Positions 35,394 to 46,056 of a stretch of 64,000 bases of DNA are shown here, piece by piece. Position numbers and translations under genes: made by a program. The notes under the pieces were generated by a model. That model worked only from the letters and a program-made list of their open reading frames with translations. It was not told where the DNA came from and did no database searches. Origin of the DNA: a virus; IMG/VR virus record IMGVR_UViG_3300032293_000766, positions 1-64,000 of that record; one strand, 5' to 3'. The first letter of the stretch is position 1, and each line of letters begins with the position of its first letter.

Positions 35394-35942
35394 ATGTCCA
35401 CATCTGGTATACTACCAACTTCTGGCACACTACATAATAATTCAACAGGTAATTTTGAAATACCAAGCATTGTGCGAACTTGGATAAACGATTTAGATTC
35501 TTCTAGTTATAAATACTCAGATGGTCGCATCAATCAAGTCATTTGTGTTGCAGCAAGATTTGTCCAACAAGACGCTGAATTTAAAACAAGATACAGTATT
35601 GGTATAGATTATATTTCTCCCAATCCAGCAGAACTTGAAGATTTTGATTTTATTAATCTAGTTGGATTAAAAACTGCGTGTATTATACTTGGTGGCGAAT
35701 TAAAGATGGAGGCCGGTAATGCTATATCAATTAAGGATGGACCATCCTCTATTGATTTACGCGGTGTTGCTAGCACTATAGCGGCTTACCGTAACGATAT
35801 ATGCTCACGCTATGATGAATATCTATTAGATTATAAGGTGTTTGGAATACAAGCTGGTCAAGCAGTTCTTGGCCCATACAGTCCTGCTAGCGAATTTGTA
35901 TCACGACGTTACAACGACACAAGAGACGGAAATTATTTTTAG
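35394..35942 (+). CDS. Putative head-tail connector/adaptor
   Basis: 182 aa; IVRTWINDLD...YSDGRI helical pattern; assigned from pattern and context. Confidence 0.5.
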   Translation: MSTSGILPTSGTLHNNSTGNFEIPSIVRTWINDLDSSSYKYSDGRINQVICVAARFVQQDAEFKTRYSIGIDYISPNPAELEDFDFINLVGLKTACIILGGELKMEAGNAISIKDGPSSIDLRGVASTIAAYRNDICSRYDEYLLDYKVFGIQAGQAVLGPYSPASEFVSRRYNDTRDGNYF

Positions 35943-35960
35943 AACATTGGAGGATAGAAG

Positions 35961-36947
35961 ATGGCCATTCTTAGTAAACAGGTATTATTAAACAATATAA
36001 CTGTAGATTTAGCTGACAATAATGCTGGATTAATTTCAGCAGCAGATATTAGAAATAATCTTTTTAATACTGTTGATTCGATGAATTCAATTATTGCTAG
36101 TGGAGATTTCAATCTTCAGACTCCATTTGGTAAAAACGTTAGAGTTAAAAGAACCCTTGGTGATACTGGAACTGGGTTTTTTGTTGCTGAAAACGGCATT
36201 AGTTTTCCTAACGCCTCTTCAAGTCTAAAAGACCAGACAGTACCATATCCCGGCCCCACCGGTATTAATCATAATGATTTATCTAATAGAGACAATAACT
36301 CTGCTCACTCCGTCTTTTTAACATTAGACGGTAGTAGAGTAATGGCTGGAAATCTTGGATTAGCTAACAATTGGATCGGCGCTTCTGGGTACTCAAATGT
36401 TGGTCTTCGTTTTCAATATCAAGGTGGTACTAATCAAAGCGTTGGTAAAGAAAATATTTTAGTAGGTAATTCTGGAGAGTTTGTATTTAGTACAGACAAT
36501 TCTAGATTTTCTAGCGGCAAGTCAGTTGCTAAAGCTTGGATCACATTTGATGGTGCGAATAGTGGTGTTCCCACTGCTATTCCTGTAGTCAAAAATTCTT
36601 ACAATATTAGACGTATTACTAGAACATCCCCAGGTAAGTATGTTATTTATCTTAAAAATGGTGTGCTATCTACTGGATCTAATAACTTTGTTGTAGTAGC
36701 TAATAGTAACGCTAGAACCGACAGCGATGACATGAGCGATTTTGAAAGAAATACCGTTGGAACTAAACGTGGATATAATGCTATTGATGGACATTTCTTC
36801 ACATTCGTGGTTCTTAATGAGGCCGGTGAATACGTTGACGCTGAAATAAACGATGCCATTGTTTTCGGAGAAGACCTTGGTTCTACAGTCAATGAGGCTA
36901 GCGGTGTATCAAGTACTTATGCTTCCAATTTTAACCCATTCATTTGA
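35961..36947 (+). CDS. Virion/fibre protein sharing its N-terminus with the 1880-aa protein
   Basis: DNNAGLISAADIR N-terminus; AKAWITFDG...SYNI..ITRTSPGKYVI fibre C-terminal type. Confidence 0.65.
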   Translation: MAILSKQVLLNNITVDLADNNAGLISAADIRNNLFNTVDSMNSIIASGDFNLQTPFGKNVRVKRTLGDTGTGFFVAENGISFPNASSSLKDQTVPYPGPTGINHNDLSNRDNNSAHSVFLTLDGSRVMAGNLGLANNWIGASGYSNVGLRFQYQGGTNQSVGKENILVGNSGEFVFSTDNSRFSSGKSVAKAWITFDGANSGVPTAIPVVKNSYNIRRITRTSPGKYVIYLKNGVLSTGSNNFVVVANSNARTDSDDMSDFERNTVGTKRGYNAIDGHFFTFVVLNEAGEYVDAEINDAIVFGEDLGSTVNEASGVSSTYASNFNPFI

Positions 36948-36966
36948 TCGCTAATAAGGATTAATT

Positions 36967-39900
36967 ATGTCAGATAAAATAGTATTGTATGATAGAATAA
37001 AAGAATTAAGTTATACAACGGGTTCTGGCAATATTATACTAGAAGGCTCTCCAGCCGGATTTAGCTCATTCGCTTCTGTCTATCCGCACAGCGGCGTATT
37101 GTTTTATGCTATTACTGATGGTAATAATTATGAAATTGGTTCTGGTATCTTTTTGAGATCAGATTTTTCCGCCAGTGACAATATACTTAGTAATCAAATT
37201 CAAAGATTTCCCATTAGGACTAGTACCAATTCAATTATCAATTGGTCAACTGGCCTTAAGGAAGTATATGTAACATATCCAGCTAGCCATTCTGTTTATA
37301 CTGGTTCTGGAATAGGGTCTTACAACAACCCGCAAGTTAGCGGATTAGCTATCTGGGGCGGCTCACATACTCTAGATTATGACCCCAACTTAGTTTGGAA
37401 TTCTACATTAAATAGATTAGGTATCAATAAGTCTAATCCTTCGTTTGCTATTGACATTGGCGGTCAGAGTTATGAGTCAATTATTAATGCTTCTGGATAT
37501 ATTGTTGGAAATTCTGGCATTAAATTTGCTTCAGGTACTCAGAGTGAACATTTCCTAAAAAATAAACTAGACATAGATGCATACAACGAATCATTATTGA
37601 GCCAAACAACTGGACTGAGTGACGTTGTTCAGCTTAGTGGTGCTGTAAATCAATACTTATTACTTAAGAAGCAAAACGCTGGATTATTTTTCGCTGGCCC
37701 GCCAAGTGGATGTGGCGCTCCACCATGTAATCCAAATTATCCGTCATTTCGTACAATTACAATGTCTGATTTGCCACCGCTATCGAATACATACGCTTCA
37801 TATTCTAGTGGAGTAAATCACGCTGGCAGAATTACATTTTGGGTTAATAACAATACCATTGGATCAGATCAGTATTTCCAGTGGGACTCAATAAACCATA
37901 AATTATCTATAGGTAAGCCGGGGATTGCTCCAGTAGCAGATGTAGAAATAAGTGGAGTAGTTGATATATTAGGTAGATTGAATATTAGTAGTGGGATTAG
38001 ATTGATTCCATCTAATAATATAGGAAGTGGTAATAGTATTTTATACCAGAATGCAAATAATCAACTTGTTTTTAATAATGAGCCTTATGTTTCATCTGGC
38101 AAAGTTGAACTGATGGTTTCTAATGCTGTAAGTAGCTTTCTACTCAACGATCTTAATCTTAATATAGCTTTATCTGGCAAGTCGTTTATTCCAACTGGTA
38201 CAATTCAGTATAGCGAAGTTTCTGGAGTAAATGGTCAACTTTTATTAGATAATCAATACCTTTATGCCTATACTCCTAGCGGACAATGGAGAAGAATATA
38301 TCTAGGTAATGCTTTTGATATTAGATCATTCGGTGACAACTCTTTCGTTCCACCAGATGCTCCTATTAATTTAAGCGGTGTGCCAAAAAATCAATCTGTG
38401 CATTTAATCTGGACTGCCCCTAATAGTTCCCTAGGCATTATTGATTATATAGTTCAATATAGCGGAGTTGCAAACTCTGGATGGTTAACTTATGGTGGAG
38501 AAAACTCTGAACCAAGACAAAATGTTAATGGTCTTGTTAATGGTCAGACTTACTCTTTTAGAGTTGCTGCTGTTTCTGCTGTTGGCTCTGGTGCGTATTC
38601 CAATACTTTCCAATCTGTTCCCAATCCAACAGTTCCATTTGCTCCTTTAATTACATCTATTGCAAATAACAATATTGATTCTATAACTGTTAACTGGACA
38701 ACTCCAGATAATGGTGGAGCAAATATTAGTTCTTATGAACTAGAGTATACCCCACTAAGCGGTTTAGCTCAATACCTAAACGTTGGATCGGTTAATACAT
38801 ATACGCTAAATAGTACTAATGGTATTCAGGGCGAAGTTGCAGAAAGCCCAAATGGTGGCGCATTTTATACAGTTAGGGTTCGCGCCACTAATAGTGTAGG
38901 TTCTAGTAACTATAGCACACCAGCAAGTTTATTGGTAAGAAGCATTGGCCCACCAAGCCCACCGCGATCAGTTCAGCTAGAAAGCGTAACGTTTGATTCA
39001 GCTACTCTATCATTTATTTTACCAGAATTTGCCGGTCATCCCGGTGAACCAGTTAGCTCTTTAGATTATAGAGCTTTAGTAAGATTTGATAATTTTGACA
39101 ACACAGCTTTCGCTGTTTCTGGTTCGTTTAGTGCAAATAATGGTTATTTTTATCCAGTATATCTTAATAGTGGAATTGCTGCACTTTCTGGTGTTCCAAT
39201 GGCAATTACCATGCAGACATTTAAGAATATTACCTTTTACGGAGTTTCAAGCATCACTCAAAGTGGCGTAGCTTCATATCCAACAAATCAGTACGATCTA
39301 TATAATAGATACGATCAAGTTGTTCCAGATTCTCCATCAGCAGATTTAAGGCGCTCTGTTACTATCTCTAACCTTAATAGAGATAAGTTATATAACATTA
39401 CTCTTCAGTCTTTTAACAATAACTATAATAGTGCCTCAAGTAATATAGTTAACGCAAATACTACAAATCCACCACTAAAGCCAACAAACTTTATTGGTTT
39501 TGCTGAAAGCAATAGTGGCATTATATTAAGCTGGACTAACCCAACTCAGCCACTACCAGTTATAGATCATTCTATTAAGATCGGTACACCTTCTGTGTAT
39601 TGCTTAGATTTTGAAAACCTAAGAGATTTTGATCGTGGAACTACAGAAGATTTAAGAGTATATAATTCAGCCAACTTAGGATCACTCACTGTAAACAAAT
39701 TAGGTTCTGTTAACTATAGCTCAGACTCTGCTGTTGGAACAAAAAGTATTTTACTACAAGGATTAAGCAGTGCTAGAGGTCTTTATGCTGAATCATCTAA
39801 AGATTTGGAATTTGGTCTAAATGACTTTACTGTTGAGTGCTTTGTAAAGTTAGACGATGTAAATAAAGAGTCTATATTATTTGACTTTAGAAAAAACGGA

Positions 39901-42900
39901 TTAAATCCAGACGCAGAAGACCTAGAGGGTGAATACTTCTTGTTAAGAGTCAAGCCAAATGGAAGACTTGAATATAGAGATTCAGAGGCTCAAAGATCTG
40001 GCTTCGTAACTAATACTGTTCTTACGAGCGGTACTTGGCACCATGTCGCATTTTCGCGCTTCAACAACATTAGTAAAATTTTCGTTGATAACATTGCAGT
40101 TTCTAGTGGATATGTAGATAACTTAAAATATTTATCTTCTCCATTCGCTTTTGGTTACGATACATCTTTATCAAATCCATCTAAAAACTTCATCGGCAAA
40201 GTAGACGGAATCAGAGTTACAAACGGTGTTGGATTATATGTTGGTAACTTTACAAAGCCTAATTATAACTTTGTTGATACACAATTCAAGCTAAACCTTA
40301 CAAATTATCAAGCAATTAATCTTAATTTTGAGCAATCTTCTGGGAATAATAATTCTATTGTGCAGATCCCTAATGTCAGAAACCGTTTGATTTTACAAAT
40401 GGATGGGGATAATAACACATTTATTGATAATAGCACAAACCCCAATAGTATTATATCGGTAGGAAACGTTACACAATCAACCAATCAAATTTCTCCAGTT
40501 GGTGGCAAATCTGCGTATTTTGATGGCAACTCTTATCTTGATTGTAATAGCTCAATAGGTACTTTGGTAGGAAGCGAAAACTTTACAATAGAGGCTTGGT
40601 TTTATTTAACTTCTCCAGCATCTGGAATACAAGCAATAGTTGGTAGCAAATCAAGTTTCCCATTTTTGGGTGAATTATCTCATATAGTAGGCATATACAA
40701 TAACAAACCGTATGCTTTCGTAAGCGTTGGTCTTGGCACATTTCCAGTTTTTAATCCTAATGTGCAGGATATCTCACTAAATCAATGGCACAGAATAAAT
40801 TTTAATCGATCAGGAAATACTTATTACCTTAACTTTGACAATGTTGTAATTGCCGAACAGACTATTGGTGGCCTCAATACCACTGGGTCAGGTTCTTTGC
40901 ATATAGGAGCATACGACGGTTTAAATAAATTTAGTGGATATATTGATGGCGTAAGAATACTCGCAGACGATGCATATATAAATATTCCTCAAGACAATTC
41001 AACTCCCACATCCCAGATAGCTATACCTCTCGTTGGTAATGCGCAGCTAGTTCCTTTCCCTAAAAATGGAAATAATTCATTGTTTATACCTGGAAATGGA
41101 AACAATGGATTTTTACAACAATTTAGCAATAATGAATTAGCTTTTGGTGTAAAAGATTTTACTATTGAATCTTGGGTATACCCATTAGCGTTAGATAACG
41201 AATATTTTCTTTTTGACTTTAGACCCACAAATAAAAATTCTGATCCCGGTGGGACTTATTTTCTCCTTACTTTAAATCAAAATAGGGGTCTTAACTACTA
41301 CACAGATGGCAAGGCTAGAATATCTACTAGCGGAAACCTTTCTTTAGGCAATTGGAATAAGGTTGAAGTATCAAGAAATCAAGGCGTAACTAGAGTATTT
41401 GTAAATGGAACAATTGCCGGTTCTTTAGAAAATGACCGTTTCAATTTTCTTAATCAAAATTGCAGAATAGGTTATACATCTTGGAATAATAGGCCAGATT
41501 ATGTAAATCAAAACTTCATTGGTTATATAGATGACTTTAGAGTTTTGAAAGGCGTTGGCTTATATACAACCAATCACTCAGTTAGTCAATCATACAAGAA
41601 TATTCTATACGCTCCAAGTGATTATTCATCTGTTATATTAAACTTTGAAGAAGTAACAGACGATTCATTAAGTATTGAAAATTCTGGAAATTTAGTTAGT
41701 CAATCCACTGCTGTGAAAAAGTTTGGTAATCATAGCCTATTTTTCCCGTCTAGTGGTAATAACGTTGTTTCTAGTGATATATCTTCCAACTTACATTTCG
41801 GTAAAAAAGACTTTACGATTGAATCTTGGATCTATCCAACTGCTATTAGTGGAACAACACCACTCTTTGACTTTAGACCAAGTAATGTCAATAGTTTATC
41901 TATTAATGATGCTGGAGTAGTCGATGGAACATATCTATACTTGACATTAAATAGTGATAGATCTATATCTTACATTACTGATGGATCTACAAGAATACAA
42001 AGTTCTGGTTCTGCAATACCATCTGGTTCTTGGTCGCATGTTGCTCTTTCTAGGAAAAATGGTATTAGTAGATTATTTATAAATGGAGTTCAGCACTCTG
42101 GTGTCTATGTAGATGACAATAATTTCCAGCCTCAGTCATTCCGCTTTGGTAATACAGCTTGGACTTCTGGTAGTTTTAATACATACAAAGGCTATGCTGA
42201 TCTTATCAATGTTTCTAAGGTTGGTCAATACACACAAAACTTTACGCCACCCAATAATACCTTTGTAGAAATCACTAATAATAATTCTTACCCAGCAATA
42301 TTACTAGATTATAACAGCTTAATTGTAGATAAAACTAAACAGTCGCCAATCACCGTAAGGGCTGGAACATCTACTGGTAATATAATTAAATTTGGTTCAT
42401 CTAGCTTGTACATGGGCGTTAGTCCATCCTCTCCACTTGGTATTGAAACAGATGAAAGCTACCTGTTTGCTTTTTCTAAAAACGACTTTACTGTTGAGAC
42501 TTGGATTTATCCTACAGATTTGTCTAATGATCAATCTATCTTTGATTTTAGGCCATCTGTTGGTGGTGGAGAAATCAACTCTACAGATAACGGTACGTAT
42601 TTTCATTTAGATATATCTAGCAATAGATCTTTGAGATATAAGGCTGGAGATTCAACATTATCAAACGTGCCTACTGGCGTAATATCAGAAAACACTTGGC
42701 AACACATTGCTGTTTCTAGATCCAACAATATAACAAGATTGTTTGTTAATGGAACTCAAGTTGGTTCAGACATCGTAGATAACAATAACTTCCTATTTTC
42801 ACGTTTTAGAATCGGCCCGTCTGTAAATGCTAGTAAAAACTTTAAAGGATATTTAGACGAAACTAGAGTTTTAAATGGTACTGGAGCTTATGTAAATACC

Positions 42901-45900
42901 TTTACCACCCAAAGCATACCATTTACGCTTGGTGTAAAAAATGATATAGCATCTCTTACAACAAAATCAGACTCTATTGGACCAAATAATTATTTTACTA
43001 TTGGATCATTAGACGCAAATCAAGAATATCTATTTAAGTTAGCCCCAGAAAGCGTAGCTGGCGTTGGGGAATATTCTGACTTGATTAAAGTTAAAACTAG
43101 CCCCGCTTTTATATCAGTATGGAATACATCTAATGTGACTCTAGACACTTCACTTAACGACGAGGTAAGACTACCTCTAGTTGCTAATGGTAATTATAAC
43201 TTCTACGTTTCTTGGGGCGATGGTAAATTCGATCTCATTACTAACGCTAATTATCTTACTAAGTCTCTTCATGAATATTCTACTCCCGGTCAGTATACTA
43301 TTACAATGCAGGGCGTAATAGATGGTTGGCAATTCAAGGAAGATGGAGATTCTATAAAGATACAAGAAGTTAAATCTTGGGGTCCACTTAACTTTATAGA
43401 TAATGTAGATCGTCAATTCCAAGGTTGCAGCAATCTAGTTATAACAGCTAAAGATTATCCAAAGATTGGCAATACTCTTAGTGCATGTTTCTCAGATTGC
43501 ATTAGCCTAAATGACTCTCTAGAAAATTGGGATGTCTCAAGATGTTTGGATATGAACTTCATGTTTTTAAATTGCGTTGCTTACAATGGAGATATTTCTA
43601 AGTGGGATGTTTCTAATGTTAAGAGCATGAGAGCTATGTTCTTAAATGCCGTGTCTTTCAATAGAGACATTGGAAGATGGAATACTGGTAAAGTGTTTAA
43701 CATGAATTCTATGCTTACAAATGCTTCTAGCTTTAATCAAGATATTAGTCTAATGAGAATTGATAGCTTAGTTGATGCAAACAGAATGTTAATAGGCACT
43801 GATATGAGTAAGCAAAACTATGATAACCTTTTAGAATTTTGGGGTGATATAGATACTCCAAAGCGTTCAGACGTAGCTTTTGGAATTAGCCAAGAATATT
43901 CAAAAAATAGTATATCTGATGCAGCTAGACAAACATTGCGTCAACAATATAATTGGATTATTAATGATTATGGTAGCGACAACTCTTTTGTGTTTAAGAT
44001 TAAGAGTGCTACCGATGATTTTACTTTTGATCTTGGCAATTTCTTTAAGACTAACACTAATGATAGTAGTAGATCTTATGGAGCCATGTATGTCAACTTT
44101 GGTGATGACTCATTCTTAGATATTCCTACCGGTTCTAACTCAATAATAAAAAATTATTACGACAAACTATCACAAGAGCTAACAGTGCGCATCGATGGTA
44201 GTATGAGTAATTTTAACACTAAGTATAATGATTCGCGCATATACATAACAGATATAGCTAGGTGGGGTGGTGTTTCTACATTTATCAATAATATACCAGA
44301 TAGATTTTCTGGATGCACAAATCTATTAAGTGTAACCGCTGAAGATTCTCCACAATTAGCTAATTCCATCATGGGATTCTTTAGTGACTGTGAATCGCTT
44401 GGATCAATTGATGATACTGAAAGTACTAGTAATTTTATACTATCTTTTGGTCTGAATATAAATGGTCAATTAGGATATGATACTTCTACTGCATCTAACC
44501 CATTTCCTAGAAAATCAACTAATAAGAGATGGAGAAAAGTTGCTAATGGTAAGAATCATACTCTTGCTATTGACAATCAAGGATACCTATGGTCTTGGGG
44601 AAATAATAGCTCTGGCCAATTAGGACATGGAGATAGAACTTCGCGCATTACACCAGCTAGAATCAGTAATAAAACTTGGAATCATATAGCTGCTGGGCGT
44701 GATCACAGTTTGGCTATAGATAATAATGGTAGGCTTTATGCTTTTGGCAGTAATGCTTATGGACAAATTGGAGATGGCACTAATAATAATAGATTGTCTC
44801 CCGTACTAATAGATCAAATAGATACACAATGGATTTATGTATCTGCCGGTCATGATTTTAGCATGGCTATCTCTGACGATGGAGAATTATATTGCTGGGG
44901 TAATAATGAATACTCACAACTTGGTACTGGTGATATCGTATTAAGAAATGTACCAACTAAGATCGGTATTAAGACTTGGAAGATGATAGACGCTGGCAGA
45001 GATCATGCTTTAGCTATAGATACATCTGACAACTTATACGCTTGGGGAAATAATGCCTACGGTCAATTGGGCCTAGGTAACAATAATACTGCTAATGTTC
45101 CAACATTATTAAGCGGTTCTACTTGGAAGAAGATTAGTGCTGGTGAATTCTACTCTCTAGCAATTAACTCTTTAGACAAGGCGTATGGATGGGGTAATAA
45201 TGCCTATGGTCAACTAGGCAATCAGCAAGGTAAAAACAGCGGCAATAAGATAAACGCCCCAAGTGTCATTAGAAATGATCTTACATTTACAAATATATAT
45301 GCTGGGTATAGACATAGCGCAGCAATTCAAAGTAATAAAGATATGTGGCTATGGGGTGATAATACATACGGTCAGCTAGGATATCAAACATCTCAACTAT
45401 CAAATAGTGAACTACCAGTTAAACTAAATAGTACAAATAATTTTGGTAATATAGCTTTAGGTGAATATCATACATCATCAATTTTAGATGAACCACCCGT
45501 TTCTTCTACTAGTCTAGAAGATTGGAATTTGGTAAATGTTACTGATATCAGCAATATGTTCAGAAATTGCTCATCATTTAATGTAGATATTGATAGCTGG
45601 AATACTTCTAGCGTAGTAAGCATGAGCTACTGTTTCGCTGGAGCCACAGCTTTCAATAGAAGTCTAAATAGCTGGAATACCAGTAGCGTTATAGATATGA
45701 GTAGTATGTTTGCTGGCGCTATATCTTTTGATGAAGATATTGCAGGCTGGGATACTTATAACGTAAGAAATATGAGTAATATGTTTAACGGTGCTTCTAG
45801 TTTTGATAAGAATGTTGGGTTCTGGGACATAAGTAAAGTTAAAGATATGAGCTTTATGTTTACAAATGCAGTTTCACTAAGCACAAGAACATATAGCAAT

Positions 45901-46056
45901 ATTCTAGTTAGATGGTCTACAGCGCAAGTTCAGCGCGGAGTAGTTCTTCACGCTTCGTCTTATTATGATGGGTCTTCTGTATCAGTCATGTCTGCTCGTA
46001 ACTATCTACTATCTAACGATTGGACAATAAATGATCTGGGGGCCATTAATGTATAA
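36967..46056 (+). CDS. Giant mosaic adhesin: FN3, 5 LamG, PKD-like, DUF285/BspA-like repeats, RCC1 propeller
   Basis: 3029 aa; DRIKE..YTTGSG N-terminus; LamG motifs; WDVSNVKSMRAMF repeats; ~7 (W/F)GxNxxGQLG...AG.xHSLAI repeats. Confidence 0.88.
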   Translation: MSDKIVLYDRIKELSYTTGSGNIILEGSPAGFSSFASVYPHSGVLFYAITDGNNYEIGSGIFLRSDFSASDNILSNQIQRFPIRTSTNSIINWSTGLKEVYVTYPASHSVYTGSGIGSYNNPQVSGLAIWGGSHTLDYDPNLVWNSTLNRLGINKSNPSFAIDIGGQSYESIINASGYIVGNSGIKFASGTQSEHFLKNKLDIDAYNESLLSQTTGLSDVVQLSGAVNQYLLLKKQNAGLFFAGPPSGCGAPPCNPNYPSFRTITMSDLPPLSNTYASYSSGVNHAGRITFWVNNNTIGSDQYFQWDSINHKLSIGKPGIAPVADVEISGVVDILGRLNISSGIRLIPSNNIGSGNSILYQNANNQLVFNNEPYVSSGKVELMVSNAVSSFLLNDLNLNIALSGKSFIPTGTIQYSEVSGVNGQLLLDNQYLYAYTPSGQWRRIYLGNAFDIRSFGDNSFVPPDAPINLSGVPKNQSVHLIWTAPNSSLGIIDYIVQYSGVANSGWLTYGGENSEPRQNVNGLVNGQTYSFRVAAVSAVGSGAYSNTFQSVPNPTVPFAPLITSIANNNIDSITVNWTTPDNGGANISSYELEYTPLSGLAQYLNVGSVNTYTLNSTNGIQGEVAESPNGGAFYTVRVRATNSVGSSNYSTPASLLVRSIGPPSPPRSVQLESVTFDSATLSFILPEFAGHPGEPVSSLDYRALVRFDNFDNTAFAVSGSFSANNGYFYPVYLNSGIAALSGVPMAITMQTFKNITFYGVSSITQSGVASYPTNQYDLYNRYDQVVPDSPSADLRRSVTISNLNRDKLYNITLQSFNNNYNSASSNIVNANTTNPPLKPTNFIGFAESNSGIILSWTNPTQPLPVIDHSIKIGTPSVYCLDFENLRDFDRGTTEDLRVYNSANLGSLTVNKLGSVNYSSDSAVGTKSILLQGLSSARGLYAESSKDLEFGLNDFTVECFVKLDDVNKESILFDFRKNGLNPDAEDLEGEYFLLRVKPNGRLEYRDSEAQRSGFVTNTVLTSGTWHHVAFSRFNNISKIFVDNIAVSSGYVDNLKYLSSPFAFGYDTSLSNPSKNFIGKVDGIRVTNGVGLYVGNFTKPNYNFVDTQFKLNLTNYQAINLNFEQSSGNNNSIVQIPNVRNRLILQMDGDNNTFIDNSTNPNSIISVGNVTQSTNQISPVGGKSAYFDGNSYLDCNSSIGTLVGSENFTIEAWFYLTSPASGIQAIVGSKSSFPFLGELSHIVGIYNNKPYAFVSVGLGTFPVFNPNVQDISLNQWHRINFNRSGNTYYLNFDNVVIAEQTIGGLNTTGSGSLHIGAYDGLNKFSGYIDGVRILADDAYINIPQDNSTPTSQIAIPLVGNAQLVPFPKNGNNSLFIPGNGNNGFLQQFSNNELAFGVKDFTIESWVYPLALDNEYFLFDFRPTNKNSDPGGTYFLLTLNQNRGLNYYTDGKARISTSGNLSLGNWNKVEVSRNQGVTRVFVNGTIAGSLENDRFNFLNQNCRIGYTSWNNRPDYVNQNFIGYIDDFRVLKGVGLYTTNHSVSQSYKNILYAPSDYSSVILNFEEVTDDSLSIENSGNLVSQSTAVKKFGNHSLFFPSSGNNVVSSDISSNLHFGKKDFTIESWIYPTAISGTTPLFDFRPSNVNSLSINDAGVVDGTYLYLTLNSDRSISYITDGSTRIQSSGSAIPSGSWSHVALSRKNGISRLFINGVQHSGVYVDDNNFQPQSFRFGNTAWTSGSFNTYKGYADLINVSKVGQYTQNFTPPNNTFVEITNNNSYPAILLDYNSLIVDKTKQSPITVRAGTSTGNIIKFGSSSLYMGVSPSSPLGIETDESYLFAFSKNDFTVETWIYPTDLSNDQSIFDFRPSVGGGEINSTDNGTYFHLDISSNRSLRYKAGDSTLSNVPTGVISENTWQHIAVSRSNNITRLFVNGTQVGSDIVDNNNFLFSRFRIGPSVNASKNFKGYLDETRVLNGTGAYVNTFTTQSIPFTLGVKNDIASLTTKSDSIGPNNYFTIGSLDANQEYLFKLAPESVAGVGEYSDLIKVKTSPAFISVWNTSNVTLDTSLNDEVRLPLVANGNYNFYVSWGDGKFDLITNANYLTKSLHEYSTPGQYTITMQGVIDGWQFKEDGDSIKIQEVKSWGPLNFIDNVDRQFQGCSNLVITAKDYPKIGNTLSACFSDCISLNDSLENWDVSRCLDMNFMFLNCVAYNGDISKWDVSNVKSMRAMFLNAVSFNRDIGRWNTGKVFNMNSMLTNASSFNQDISLMRIDSLVDANRMLIGTDMSKQNYDNLLEFWGDIDTPKRSDVAFGISQEYSKNSISDAARQTLRQQYNWIINDYGSDNSFVFKIKSATDDFTFDLGNFFKTNTNDSSRSYGAMYVNFGDDSFLDIPTGSNSIIKNYYDKLSQELTVRIDGSMSNFNTKYNDSRIYITDIARWGGVSTFINNIPDRFSGCTNLLSVTAEDSPQLANSIMGFFSDCESLGSIDDTESTSNFILSFGLNINGQLGYDTSTASNPFPRKSTNKRWRKVANGKNHTLAIDNQGYLWSWGNNSSGQLGHGDRTSRITPARISNKTWNHIAAGRDHSLAIDNNGRLYAFGSNAYGQIGDGTNNNRLSPVLIDQIDTQWIYVSAGHDFSMAISDDGELYCWGNNEYSQLGTGDIVLRNVPTKIGIKTWKMIDAGRDHALAIDTSDNLYAWGNNAYGQLGLGNNNTANVPTLLSGSTWKKISAGEFYSLAINSLDKAYGWGNNAYGQLGNQQGKNSGNKINAPSVIRNDLTFTNIYAGYRHSAAIQSNKDMWLWGDNTYGQLGYQTSQLSNSELPVKLNSTNNFGNIALGEYHTSSILDEPPVSSTSLEDWNLVNVTDISNMFRNCSSFNVDIDSWNTSSVVSMSYCFAGATAFNRSLNSWNTSSVIDMSSMFAGAISFDEDIAGWDTYNVRNMSNMFNGASSFDKNVGFWDISKVKDMSFMFTNAVSLSTRTYSNILVRWSTAQVQRGVVLHASSYYDGSSVSVMSARNYLLSNDWTINDLGAINV

